A DNA stretch of 57,645 nt from the IMG/VR virus record IMGVR_UViG_3300030451_004451; one strand, 5' to 3'. The notes under the pieces are model-generated. The model did not search any database. It had not been told where the DNA came from and worked only from the letters and a program-made list of their open reading frames with translations. Position 1 is the stretch's first letter. Each line of letters starts with the position of its first letter. A program made the position numbers and the translations under genes. Shown piece by piece: positions 36,801 to 46,323 of this stretch. Source of the DNA: a virus.

Positions 36801-37864
36801 TATTTAATTCCTCCAAATTTAAAACCTCGAACAGCTTTGCCTTTTCCTTTTATTTCACCACCTTTATTCATCTGCATTGTGGGGTTAGTAGTTGAAGGTA
36901 TAGGTTGATTGAAAGGAGTCCCTGTGACTATGGGTTGTTTACCAAACCCTCCCCCTCTCGAAGGTATGGGTTGAGCGAAAGGGGTTGTTGGTGTAGGCAT
37001 AGGAACGCCAAACATACCAAATTTTGAAGTAGGTGTTCCAGTCATTCCAAGTTTTTCATAAATATTTGAACCTGTCATTTGAGACTTACTAGGTGTGCTG
37101 TAAAGATTTCTATATTTGTGTCGTGTTTGAAGTCTACCTAATTCTGCAAAAGCCTTGTCATATTCAGGGTCTCCTGCTTTAGCTTGTCTTTCAAATTTTT
37201 CTGTAATTTTTTTACTACCTACTCTTCTATATGTCGGGTTTGTATTTGCTTGATAAAAATTTGCACCTTTCATTGGAGCTTGATAAAACTGTGCACCATA
37301 ATTTCCTTGTGTTAATCTAGCATCTTTAGGTAATTCAGTGACCATTTTAGTTTGGGCTGGTCTTCCACCAGCTAATCCATATCCAGGAGGAAGAGTTGTC
37401 ATTTCATATTGAGGAACTGTTCTGGTTCTAGTCTCTGTGAATTTCAAGTCATCTAAAAATTTTTGTTTTTCATCAATTTCTTTTTGAAGATTTCTATAAT
37501 ACCCTGTTGTTGGACCAAATGGTTCGTCAGCACTTTTAGTGGTTGTGGTTGCCTGTGGTTTATAATATCTATACGTTGGTACAAAGGTTTTTGATTCAAG
37601 AGATTTATCTAAAGCTTTGAATTGATCTTCAGTTGGTTTAGCGTATTCTTTTTCAATACTTGCATAATAATCTTTTCTCATTTCTTCTGGCATGTTTAGT
37701 GACGCAGCATATTGAATCTGACCTCTTTTATCAAATATTTTTTGTTTGTCTTCATCTAACCTAGACCTATAATTTGATATTGTTTTGTATAAATCAGGTC
37801 TTGTTTGTTCAAGTGCAGTCATGAAACCGCCACCTTGTTTTCTATGTAATCTCATACCTTTCAT
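36800..37864 (-). CDS. basic virion protein candidate (354 aa)
   Basis: K/R/P/T-rich, C-terminus MQMNKGGEIKGKGKAVRGFKFGGIK. Confidence 0.5.
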   Translation of the reverse strand: MKGMRLHRKQGGGFMTALEQTRPDLYKTISNYRSRLDEDKQKIFDKRGQIQYAASLNMPEEMRKDYYASIEKEYAKPTEDQFKALDKSLESKTFVPTYRYYKPQATTTTKSADEPFGPTTGYYRNLQKEIDEKQKFLDDLKFTETRTRTVPQYEMTTLPPGYGLAGGRPAQTKMVTELPKDARLTQGNYGAQFYQAPMKGANFYQANTNPTYRRVGSKKITEKFERQAKAGDPEYDKAFAELGRLQTRHKYRNLYSTPSKSQMTGSNIYEKLGMTGTPTSKFGMFGVPMPTPTTPFAQPIPSRGGGFGKQPIVTGTPFNQPIPSTTNPTMQMNKGGEIKGKGKAVRGFKFGGIK

Positions 37865-38554
37865 TTAAAACCCCTGTGGATAATATGTTTGTGGAGTAAT
37901 ATACACTGATGTTCTTTGTCCATCTTCATTCAATGCTCTGGAAAGTTCATCTTCGTATATCAATTTGTTTTGTTGTGTAAGCTGTGGATTTACTTTCATA
38001 CTTATATAATACGCTAAACCTGCTACCATGCAAGGTATGAACCTAAAAACAACATCAGCTGTATTTGTGTAAGCTCCAGAATCTTCTATTCGTTTAAGAT
38101 AATAATATTTTAAATATGTGTATGTTGAAGCATCTGGTGTTTGATAAAGTGTTATAGTTGGGGTGGTTTGTCTATCAACATAATACTGACTAGGCTGCCC
38201 TTTAGAACCTTTGTTTGGTAGAGCAGCATATTCACTTCTGCTAATCTTTGTTAGAGAAACATCGTTGGTAGTGGTAGATTGACCCGTAGTTGTGCTTACA
38301 TACGCTTCTAGAATGTCGTTCGCATTTGTCGGTGCTGTGTATGTCGCTGTCCCGTTTGTCAGTAACTGCTCTTGAAGGGCGACCTTCCATAAATGAACAC
38401 CTCGGTTTCCCCATTCGCTGAAAAGAATATTTAAACTTCGCCTTGCCGATTTTAAATCATACCCACTATTAGTGCGTCCTCCGCATCTTTCGTACGCCTC
38501 TTGAATGATATCATCAATATTGAGATCAAATGAAGTTGTTCCTGAAGTTGCCAT
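37865..38554 (-). CDS. virion structural protein (head-tail adaptor candidate)
   Basis: IIQEAYERCGG...ARRSLNILFSEWGNRGVHLWK pattern recalled from podovirus adaptor-like proteins. Confidence 0.35.
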   Translation of the reverse strand: MATSGTTSFDLNIDDIIQEAYERCGGRTNSGYDLKSARRSLNILFSEWGNRGVHLWKVALQEQLLTNGTATYTAPTNANDILEAYVSTTTGQSTTTNDVSLTKISRSEYAALPNKGSKGQPSQYYVDRQTTPTITLYQTPDASTYTYLKYYYLKRIEDSGAYTNTADVVFRFIPCMVAGLAYYISMKVNPQLTQQNKLIYEDELSRALNEDGQRTSVYITPQTYYPQGF

Positions 38555-38563
38555 TATACATCT

Positions 38564-39337
38564 CTAGTAAATTGGTGTTTTCTTTTTAAAACCACCTTTT
38601 GCCATTTTAACACCTAGTGGCCCACCTTTTTTTCTTCTGTAAGGTTCAGCTATATCATCTAAAACAGATGGGTAGGCTTTTTGTGAACCTAAAGAACCAA
38701 GTAACCCACTAAAAAAATCAGAAAATTGTTTTCTATTTTCACGTTGTCTTGTTCTTATACGCCCACTTTGTTCTTTCATCTCTCTTCTTGTTCTCGCTCT
38801 TGGAGTTTCCTCAGTTGTTCTTTTCATAATAGAGCTAGTAGCGCCAGGTACTGTTGTAATTGCAGGAAAAGTAGGAGCCCCGTTTTGTTTGCGTATTGTC
38901 TTTTTGGGTTTTGGAGTTTCGCTTTGTTCATAAGATCTTAGCGCGTCTGCATCTGAATATCTAGGGTTTGTTATGGCAGGAACTGGTAAGCCCGTTGTTT
39001 TTTTTGCTTTAGATTTAATTTTTTTTGATGTATACCTTATTGGTGGTTTTTCACCTTTAAAAGTATCATCAGCAACTTTTTTATTTTTTTCCTTTATTTC
39101 TTTTATTTTTTTTGTTGATTTAGGTTTGTCACCCATTCCAGCTATGCTCTTATAATCAATGAAAGGTACAAGAACATTACCACCATTTCTAAACATCTTC
39201 CCTTTTTTTGCTTTTTTAGATTTCATTTTTGCGCCAGCAATTTTATCAGCATGTGTAGGGTTTGGGTTGTTATCAATGCCTGCTTTTACAGACAACATAC
39301 CAAAAGAACTTTTTTTATCTGTTTTTTTCATAGTCAT
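38564..39337 (-). CDS. highly basic protein (257 aa)
   Basis: K/R-rich throughout; MFRNGGNV and C-terminal RRKKGGPLGVKMAKGGFKKKTPIY. Confidence 0.5.
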   Translation of the reverse strand: MTMKKTDKKSSFGMLSVKAGIDNNPNPTHADKIAGAKMKSKKAKKGKMFRNGGNVLVPFIDYKSIAGMGDKPKSTKKIKEIKEKNKKVADDTFKGEKPPIRYTSKKIKSKAKKTTGLPVPAITNPRYSDADALRSYEQSETPKPKKTIRKQNGAPTFPAITTVPGATSSIMKRTTEETPRARTRREMKEQSGRIRTRQRENRKQFSDFFSGLLGSLGSQKAYPSVLDDIAEPYRRKKGGPLGVKMAKGGFKKKTPIY

Positions 39338-39624
39338 AGTATATCGTTATAATAGGTTTGAATCAACATGCCCTTACTTGCAAAGGTTTTTACATTAGTA
39401 GGTTTCCCACCCACACCTTGTGCTTTTGCTCTTTTTCTTTTTACCGCGCTCCTTCTTTGTGATTCTGACATTCTTCTAGCTTTAGCTAAAGGAACACATT
39501 TTGGGTATTTTCTTTTTTTGTCTTCTTTTAATTTACTTCTTCCACACTTAGCGTAAGACCCATCCTTTTTCTTTGAGCCAATATCAACCCATTTTTCGGA
39601 AAACCACTTTTTTAGACCGCCCAT
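39334..39624 (-). CDS. conserved basic Cys-containing protein
   Basis: MGGLKKWFSEKWVDIGSKKKDGSYAKCGRS...KYPKCVPLAKARRMS... Confidence 0.5.
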   Translation of the reverse strand: MGGLKKWFSEKWVDIGSKKKDGSYAKCGRSKLKEDKKRKYPKCVPLAKARRMSESQRRSAVKRKRAKAQGVGGKPTNVKTFASKGMLIQTYYNDIL

Positions 39625-40298
39625 TACAACAAATCTTTGTAATATGCCGTAGCTGAGGAATTTGTTAGATTATCGTCATCAACATCAACAGATATAGGTG
39701 AACCCATAACATCGTGCATACCAACTTTGTTGAAACCACCATCTGCAAAATTAGCAGTCTTTTGTTGATATTTTTTACTTTTTCTCATAAAGGTAGCTGT
39801 TGTTGGTTTTTTATATCTTTTTGCTTTTGCAATATCTTCAGAAATTTTATCACTAAATTCTTTACCTTTTACTGCAAGAATAGCTGAGCCCACATATGTT
39901 GGTCCAACTGCTGCTCCCGACTTGTCATATAGTTCAGGTTTTTTTTGGTTGCGTGCTTTTCCAACAATTGCACTCATTTTATTTTTTCTTGTTTGTTTTG
40001 CCGGATCAGATTCGTAACCTTCTTTTTTCAGTTGTTTAAAAAAACTCTTTTCTGCCCTTTTCTCTGCTATTTTTTTTATTGCTTTTTTACCTAGTCCTAA
40101 GGCTCCTCTAACCACAGGTCCAATAAAGGTGCCAAGAGCTGCTGGCTTTGGTCCTTTAAAATCTTTTCGTTTTACACCACTGGGGTCTTTTATTTTACCG
40201 GCACAAATCTTTGATGCATAAGCATTTGCATAGGCACTTGGATAGACCTTAAATTTTCTTTTTGCTGCTGCTTTCCCTCTCGGGCATAATTTTGTCAT
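39624..40298 (-). CDS. conserved basic protein
   Basis: CPRGKAAAKRKFKVYPSAYANAYASKICAGK N-terminus; FADGGF motif near the C-terminus. Confidence 0.5.
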   Translation of the reverse strand: MTKLCPRGKAAAKRKFKVYPSAYANAYASKICAGKIKDPSGVKRKDFKGPKPAALGTFIGPVVRGALGLGKKAIKKIAEKRAEKSFFKQLKKEGYESDPAKQTRKNKMSAIVGKARNQKKPELYDKSGAAVGPTYVGSAILAVKGKEFSDKISEDIAKAKRYKKPTTATFMRKSKKYQQKTANFADGGFNKVGMHDVMGSPISVDVDDDNLTNSSATAYYKDLL

Positions 40299-40396
40299 AA
40301 CTTATACTACCCTTTTTTTAGAATTATTTCTACCCCTCACTATTTTTCTCTTTTTGCCAGGAGGTGTTTCTATTTGTTTTTTCATTTGTGATCTTG

Positions 40397-40855
40397 TTAT
40401 TGCCATGGTATATACCTCGTCTTTCCTTTCGCATCTTTATATGCTTTTAAAAATTGTTTACGACACTCATCAGTGTATGATACATGCACCCATCCACTTT
40501 GTGGGTCTGAAGGTTTATAAAACTCAAGTATTAACTGATCATACTTAATATTCGCATGAATCCAACTAGCGAGTGTTTTGTTATCTAAACCAAATATTTC
40601 TATGTCCGCAGCCTCACCTTTACAATGTTGAGATTTGCCTGAAGAGCCAATAGCTTCACTCAAACGAGCTGATCTAAAACCAGAAGAAATTATTACTGGC
40701 TTTTCGAATTTATTACGTATGGGTTGAAGAACATTCTCGCATAGTTTAGTTAATGCCAAAACCTGATTTTGATTTGGTTTGTTTTCAAACCCCAGACGTG
40801 TTGCTGTCTGTGACTTCGTTAACTCTGCTAGTGAAAAATTTTCTGTAAGTTGCAT
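40397..40855 (-). CDS. Peptidase_M15 (zinc D-Ala-D-Ala carboxypeptidase-like) endolysin
   Basis: FSLAELTKS..., ISSGFRS, SQHCKGEAADI (H-x6-D) and WVHVSY second His. Confidence 0.85.
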   Translation of the reverse strand: MQLTENFSLAELTKSQTATRLGFENKPNQNQVLALTKLCENVLQPIRNKFEKPVIISSGFRSARLSEAIGSSGKSQHCKGEAADIEIFGLDNKTLASWIHANIKYDQLILEFYKPSDPQSGWVHVSYTDECRKQFLKAYKDAKGKTRYIPWQ

Positions 40856-40976
40856 GACATTTATTTATGAAAAGTGACATAACCGTCCATAATCCCCATA
40901 TTGCTAAAAATAATATAAATCCTGAAAATAATATAGAAGTTACTAAAAAATCCAACAAAGGCTCAAAAGCACGCAT
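40785..40976 (-). CDS. small membrane protein upstream of endolysin (holin/pinholin candidate)
   Basis: MRAFEPLLDFLVTSILFSGFILFLAIWGLWTVMSLFI...; 3' end overlaps the endolysin start by 71 nt in another frame. Confidence 0.4.
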   Translation of the reverse strand: MRAFEPLLDFLVTSILFSGFILFLAIWGLWTVMSLFINKCHATYRKFFTSRVNEVTDSNTSGV

Positions 40977-41049
40977 AATACAACTACTATATAGTCTTTG
41001 TTATCAATATACAAGTTTTTAATTAATTCTATTTTTTCTTTTACTTTAT

Positions 41050-41370
41050 CTAACATTTCCATCTCCTTCTCGCCTGACAAATTCTTTTGTTTGGCGTTTT
41101 TTGACAATTAATATTATGCATTTTCATCTGCCCCTTACTTCTAGAACAGTATGACTTTCTACGTTTAGCTGCTTTGCTACCTTTTTTGACTTTACCAGTA
41201 ACAGCAGTTTTTAACTTAGAGCCGGGGTTTAAACGTCTATACGCTTTCACCCCAGCTTCAGTCATTCCCGCACCTGATTTTGTAGACCTATAGTTTTTTT
41301 TATTACGAGGAGGCATACCACCTTTCGCTAAACCAAAAAGGTCTAAATCATCATAGTAACTATTATCCAT
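41050..41370 (-). CDS. conserved basic protein
   Basis: LAKGGMPPRNKK..., GAGMTEAGVKAYRRLNPGSKLKTAVTGK...RRKSYCSRSKGQ...ARRRWKC. Confidence 0.5.
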   Translation of the reverse strand: MDNSYYDDLDLFGLAKGGMPPRNKKNYRSTKSGAGMTEAGVKAYRRLNPGSKLKTAVTGKVKKGSKAAKRRKSYCSRSKGQMKMHNINCQKTPNKRICQARRRWKC

Positions 41371-41671
41371 TGTCAGTATCAGCAGTTACTGGTGTTACAA
41401 ACACAGTTACTGAAGTAACGTTGGAAATTGTTAAATGCATATCTGTTTTAAAAACAATACCATCAAGAGGGATATCAATTTGATATTGATCTGCTGCACT
41501 ACTAGCTGGTGTTGTGATAACTAATTTTTGTGTACCACTTGCTCCTCCATCTTTAAACGTAAGAGTACCTGCTGAAGCATGACCAACATAATATATTGAT
41601 AATAGTCTAGTTCTACCAGATTGAATCGTACCTGTTGATGTTAACGTTTTTGCACCTACATCAGAGTTCAT
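41363..41671 (-). CDS. hypothetical beta-rich virion protein
   Basis: 102 aa, T/S/G-rich, downstream of the 238-aa head-associated ORF. Confidence 0.5.
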   Translation of the reverse strand: MNSDVGAKTLTSTGTIQSGRTRLLSIYYVGHASAGTLTFKDGGASGTQKLVITTPASSAADQYQIDIPLDGIVFKTDMHLTISNVTSVTVFVTPVTADTDNG

Positions 41672-41680
41672 AATTTACTC

Positions 41681-42397
41681 CTATCTGTCTGCTGCTGCAA
41701 ACATATAATCTAAAGTAGTAGCTTTAGTTCCTGTAGCATCACCAGATATTGACATAGCTGCAATAGTTAAGTTTTCATCATCAGGAATGTTAGTTGTATG
41801 TGTTGCAACTAAACTTCTGTTAACAAAGAAGTCAACTTTACCCGTGCTTTGAACTCTAATACTTAGTGTTGCAAAAGTGTCGTCAGCAAAATCAATACCT
41901 GAATCAGTAGATGTTTCTGTACCATCTTTTTCTGTTTTGCAAAGAATAGAAGCATCGCCATCATCTACTTGGAAACAAATTCTGTCAGCTGCAGACAACA
42001 TTGCCTCTGGGTTTGTCGCAAAATTAACTGTAAAACCTGCACAAAAATCCATTTGATCTGCATCAGATAGTTTTGCTTTAGTTTCAAACCATAGATCTTT
42101 ACCTGATTGTACTGCAAAAATTTCATTTTTTTGAATTGAAGCACCATCATTATCAGTAGTTCCTGCTGAAGTAAGTGCTACTTCACCATTTACTGTATCT
42201 GCAACAATTGCTACAGAAGCTCCTGAGTCTTTTACAACTGTCCATCTATGACCTGTGTTTGAATCAAATCCGATTCTGTCAAAGTCGTCCATGTAAGCCA
42301 CGTAGTCAGGGTTTCTGTCTATTGGTAAGTTTTCAAACCATTTTTTTGTCCCGTCTTTACCCGCAAACAAAATAGGTCCTGTAAAATGTACTGCCAT
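41681..42397 (-). CDS. head-associated jelly-roll-like protein (decoration/fibre candidate)
   Basis: 238-aa acidic beta-rich ORF directly after the capsid-gene terminator, with its own SD (AGGAGaaaaaATG). Confidence 0.35.
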   Translation of the reverse strand: MAVHFTGPILFAGKDGTKKWFENLPIDRNPDYVAYMDDFDRIGFDSNTGHRWTVVKDSGASVAIVADTVNGEVALTSAGTTDNDGASIQKNEIFAVQSGKDLWFETKAKLSDADQMDFCAGFTVNFATNPEAMLSAADRICFQVDDGDASILCKTEKDGTETSTDSGIDFADDTFATLSIRVQSTGKVDFFVNRSLVATHTTNIPDDENLTIAAMSISGDATGTKATTLDYMFAAADR

Positions 42398-42488
42398 TTT
42401 TTCTCCTAGTTAAAAAGATATAGTCCTCTAGGGTGTCTGCCAAGTCAGTCTATATCTAGTTTATATAATCTTGGTTTTTATATTATAC

Positions 42489-42515
42489 AAAAAAAAAGGG
42501 GACTCGTAAGTCCCC
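42489..42515 (-). terminator. rho-independent terminator after the major capsid gene
   Basis: Minus strand: GGGGACT-tacg-AGTCCCC followed by T9 (plus-strand A-run 42489-42497, stem 42498-42515), 27 nt after the capsid stop. Confidence 0.85.
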
Positions 42516-42541
42516 TTCTTTAATTTATTTCACCACTGAAA

Positions 42542-43453
42542 CTATGCAGCGCCAGGTGAACCAAAAATACCTCTTGGATCAGAGAAACCAAAAGAATATC
42601 TTTCTCTTGCTTTAAATCTGACGTTACCAGTATCAAAGTCACCTTCAATTGCAGTTTTGATTGGGCTTCTAACAAACTGTTTAAGTCCATTAGGAGCATC
42701 AGTCATGATGAAGAAAGCATCAGTATCTGTTAGATAATGATTAACTCTATAACCTTGTGGGATCATGCCCATAGAAGCCATAGCGTTGATGTCATTATCA
42801 GCAGTACCAACTCTCTGAGGTGATCTTAAAATTCTTTCAGCAGTAAACTGAAGTTCTTTTGGAATAATCAGTTTAACACCTTGCATTGCAATTTTAAGTC
42901 CTCTTTCATCAACGAAAGCAGCAATATCAATTAATGATTGCTCTAGTGATGTTTCAGATAAATCGGCAGCTGTTGATAGTTCGTTTGCGAACGTACCACC
43001 AGTAGCGATTGGATGAGCAGTCGAACATAGTTCAACACCATCACCACCAGCAAAGTTAGAGTTAAACGCATTGTTAAGTACGTTTGCAGCTTTAACTTGT
43101 TTGGTGTTGGACATTGAACGAGCAAGTGCTCTTGTGTATCTTGCAGCTAATCTGTCGTACAGATTATCTTCAATTGCTTCTTCAGTAATAGCAAATGCCA
43201 TTGCGATTGTTTCATGAGTATATCTCGCAGTGAAAGATTCAGTTGCTTGGTCGAATGCGACGCCTGAACCCTCTTCTTTTACTGGAGCACTACCGAAACC
43301 GCTTAGCATTACTTCTTCTTCAAAAGCTCTATCCGATGCTTCTGCAACGAAAATTTCTGCATGTTCGTTTTCGTAACGATTATATTCTAAGCCAAAGAGA
43401 GCATTTAAACCAGGCTCTAGCTCTTTGACCAGTTGTGATCTTGAAATAGCCAT
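42542..43453 (-). CDS. major capsid protein (HK97-fold type)
   Basis: 303 aa, follows the scaffold-like gene, followed by a strong terminator. N-terminus MAISRSQLVKELEPGLNALFG and overall pattern resemble P2/Mu-type major head proteins. Confidence 0.75.
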   Translation of the reverse strand: MAISRSQLVKELEPGLNALFGLEYNRYENEHAEIFVAEASDRAFEEEVMLSGFGSAPVKEEGSGVAFDQATESFTARYTHETIAMAFAITEEAIEDNLYDRLAARYTRALARSMSNTKQVKAANVLNNAFNSNFAGGDGVELCSTAHPIATGGTFANELSTAADLSETSLEQSLIDIAAFVDERGLKIAMQGVKLIIPKELQFTAERILRSPQRVGTADNDINAMASMGMIPQGYRVNHYLTDTDAFFIMTDAPNGLKQFVRSPIKTAIEGDFDTGNVRFKARERYSFGFSDPRGIFGSPGAA

Positions 43454-43465
43454 ATAATATCTCCC

Positions 43466-44065
43466 TTATACCCCTGTATCCCCAGCAGCAGCTGGTGGAT
43501 TCAGAAAATGGTTTTGAATACGGACAACAATGTTTGCGTTAGCAGCAGTTGTGTCCTCATTGTTAACATCTTGGCATATATCTACAGCTTGAAGAGGTAT
43601 AGCATTCGTTGAGTCTGCTGTACTTGTATCAAGTTGTACTTTAGATATACCGGTTACTGTGTTCCCTGTTACGTTAGTAGTTTTATAACCAATAAACAGA
43701 CCTGCTCTTGTAAAAGCTTCATCTGAATCAATTAAAAATAACGTGTTAGGGTCATCAATTACATTAGCAACAATATCACTAGCGTTTATACTACCAGGAT
43801 AATAGTTACCAAACGTTGGTTTGCTCGTAGTTGGGTCAGTGTAAAATACACCATTAAACACACCAATAGGTTTTACAGCTCCTGAGCTTGCAGTCACATC
43901 ATAACGTTCAATGTTACCTGCAGCAGTTGGTACAACCAAGTCGCCTTGGAAGATAGCTGTTCCGTAGTTGGCTGCAATAGTATACCTATTCTGAGCACCG
44001 TTCCATGGAGCACCATTAAGAGATTTATAAGGTCTTAGACCAAATTTTTCACTTACATTTGCCAT
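43466..44065 (-). CDS. hypothetical head protein (decoration candidate)
   Basis: 199-aa beta-rich ORF immediately upstream of the capsid gene. Confidence 0.35.
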   Translation of the reverse strand: MANVSEKFGLRPYKSLNGAPWNGAQNRYTIAANYGTAIFQGDLVVPTAAGNIERYDVTASSGAVKPIGVFNGVFYTDPTTSKPTFGNYYPGSINASDIVANVIDDPNTLFLIDSDEAFTRAGLFIGYKTTNVTGNTVTGISKVQLDTSTADSTNAIPLQAVDICQDVNNEDTTAANANIVVRIQNHFLNPPAAAGDTGV

Positions 44066-44119
44066 TTAGATTCTCCTTAAATAAGCATTAATATTACAGC
44101 GATGGCTTTTATCAAAAAA

Positions 44120-44590
44120 TTATTCTGATTTACGACCACCACCAAAAGTTACACGAGATTGTCTGCTAATATTAACAGGCATCTCTGGTCGTTGCTCCCT
44201 TAGAATATCTTGATCAACAGATTTAACTTGATCAGCAGTAAGATTTTTAAAATACTGCTTGCGTTGCTCAACAATTTCTTCAGGTATCCTTGCCAACACA
44301 AGGCCACCAACCCCGATTAACCCCTGATATTGTCCTTTTTGTATCACTGGATAACTGTGATCCCCGAGTTTATTTTGTATTTCCTCTGATCTCACAAATT
44401 CCCAACCCTCTCTGAGTTTTTTAGATACATTACCTGTATCCTCTTGACCCATCAGTTCGGTTCTTATCCATCTGTGTACAAAACCCTGTGGTGCAGGGGG
44501 TGCATCCAGACTTGATGGTGGCGTCCAAGGTTTATTCCTTAATGGCTTATTATCTTGTGACGCGCGTGAGGTTTTTTTAATTTCATTCAT
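44120..44590 (-). CDS. hypothetical head-module protein
   Basis: 156 aa; WTPPSSLDAPPAPQGFVHRWIR...REGWEFV. Confidence 0.45.
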   Translation of the reverse strand: MNEIKKTSRASQDNKPLRNKPWTPPSSLDAPPAPQGFVHRWIRTELMGQEDTGNVSKKLREGWEFVRSEEIQNKLGDHSYPVIQKGQYQGLIGVGGLVLARIPEEIVEQRKQYFKNLTADQVKSVDQDILREQRPEMPVNISRQSRVTFGGGRKSE

Positions 44591-44597
44591 AATACTT

Positions 44598-45503
44598 TTA
44601 CTCCTTCACGTGTTTTGCGTATTCTTCTAGTGGCACTCCTAATTTTTTGGCAATAGCCACCTGTGATCGAGTGAGTTTCACAGACTTGCGTCCCTGCTGT
44701 TTACGCCCCGCAGAGGCAACAGTTTGGACGGGTTTTTGTTCAGTTGCAAACTTTTGAGGAAAGTAATCCCTAATTCGTTTGTTAACTTCATTGTAATAGT
44801 CATCGGACTCCGCGTCAAACCCCTCACTCACTAATTGTTGATGTATGGAGAATGCCGCATCTGTCATTACTTGATCATTACCAAACCATGTATTCTCCTC
44901 AGCCCACTCTTTTGCTTTTGGAGAAGGTGCTTGTTGCAGTTGTTGTGGTTGTGGCTGTTGCACTTGTTGTGGCTGTTCTTTTTCTTCTTTTTCGTATTGT
45001 TCTTTTTTTATTCTAGCTTTTTCTTTTTCAACCGATAGTTGAGTAAGCTGATCATTATATTCCATAATTTTATCAGCATCATTTTCCTCAATAGCTTTTT
45101 TCAGACTTTGCTTTACTTGCTCTCGTTGAGAATCAACTCTCGTTTCAAATTCTTGAGTGTAATTTTTATCGTTCAACTTAGCAGCCGATTCGACCTCACT
45201 CATTTTTTTTTGTAAACCTTTAGCATAATCTAAAGCTGCTTTTTCTCTTCTTTCAGCTTCTCTATACTTTCTTGTAAGTTTATCAATTCTTTTTTGAACA
45301 CCTTCTGACAAATCTGATAAATTATCTTCAGCAGGTTTAGTCTCTTCTTTTACAGTTGCTTTTGTGTCTGCTTTTATTGGGTCTGTATAACCTAAATCAA
45401 CTTCAACCTGTTCTGGTTTTTCTTCTTTAGGCTGTTCTTTTATAGATAATGTTTCTTCTTGAACATCATCTGTATCTAGTTCGACTTTATTATCTTCAGT
45501 CAT
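44598..45503 (-). CDS. scaffolding protein candidate
   Basis: 301 aa, acidic, heptad-rich coiled coil with a QPQQVQQPQPQQLQQ tract; sits between the chaperonin-like and capsid genes. Confidence 0.55.
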   Translation of the reverse strand: MTEDNKVELDTDDVQEETLSIKEQPKEEKPEQVEVDLGYTDPIKADTKATVKEETKPAEDNLSDLSEGVQKRIDKLTRKYREAERREKAALDYAKGLQKKMSEVESAAKLNDKNYTQEFETRVDSQREQVKQSLKKAIEENDADKIMEYNDQLTQLSVEKEKARIKKEQYEKEEKEQPQQVQQPQPQQLQQAPSPKAKEWAEENTWFGNDQVMTDAAFSIHQQLVSEGFDAESDDYYNEVNKRIRDYFPQKFATEQKPVQTVASAGRKQQGRKSVKLTRSQVAIAKKLGVPLEEYAKHVKE

Positions 45504-45512
45504 GATTACTCC

Positions 45513-45947
45513 TTAGAATAATGCGAGGATATCCTCGGGTTTATTAATAGTTCCTATGATCTCGTCGTCATTCAAAATGCGATGTTCACCATATTTTGTT
45601 TTAAATCGAGCGCCAGCATATCGTCCATAAACAATAAACTGTCCCTCTTTACACCAAGGTCCAGTCGGAAACTTCTCCTTATCTTTGTAACAAAGGTCAC
45701 CCATTTTGACGACAAGTCCAACGACTGTTGTCATTTGTTGAGTTTCAAGAGTTTTTTCAGTTAGATAAAGACCACCTTTTGTTTTAGCCTTAGGTTGATA
45801 AGGTCTTATCAAAAGTCTGTATCCTACTGGTTTTGGTAATAATTTAAGATATTCTTCCGTTTCTTTTGCACCCTTCGGAACTAAGGGTTCGTCGTCATCA
45901 TCTTTAGCAGGTGTGACTAACTTAGTATTAGGTTTGATCAATGTCAT
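45513..45947 (-). CDS. GroES/Cpn10-like co-chaperonin with N-terminal extension
   Basis: KPVGYRLLIRPYQPKAKTKGGLYLTEKT...VVGLVVKMGD...KEGQFIVYGRYAG...ILNDDEIIGTI parallels GroES (P..dRvlv...e.kT.gGi.l......V.avG.G...vk.GD.V.f..y.g...il.e.DIl.i). Confidence 0.55.
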   Translation of the reverse strand: MTLIKPNTKLVTPAKDDDDEPLVPKGAKETEEYLKLLPKPVGYRLLIRPYQPKAKTKGGLYLTEKTLETQQMTTVVGLVVKMGDLCYKDKEKFPTGPWCKEGQFIVYGRYAGARFKTKYGEHRILNDDEIIGTINKPEDILALF

Positions 45948-46134
45948 CTACACTATCCTCTCTATTTTGCAGGTCTTTAAGATCCTGAAGCAACGATTCT
46001 AATCCGTTGAGCTTGCCCTTAGCATAATGTAGTTGATCTAGTTTGTCTATACCATAACATATATGGTCTTTAGTTTGTTGAATTTCTTTTTTTATGTAAT
46101 GTCGAATTGTTTGTATTGTGTCAATATCAAGCAT
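45928..46134 (-). CDS. hypothetical protein
   Basis: 68-aa coiled-coil ORF overlapping the GroES-like gene start. Confidence 0.5.
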   Translation of the reverse strand: MLDIDTIQTIRHYIKKEIQQTKDHICYGIDKLDQLHYAKGKLNGLESLLQDLKDLQNREDSVDDIDQT

Positions 46135-46323
46135 GTCTTAAATGAGACTTCGGTCCAAGTTTCTTTCTATGTGTAAGTCCCTTTTTGTTATACCTTCTCT
46201 TTGTCTTTTTTGCAATTATTATTTCGACTTTGTGAAACCTTTTTACCATAACATACTACTGGTGACTTATACTCTAGTATACGTCTTTTTTTTGGAAACC
46301 TTTCACCACTACAATCTTTTATC

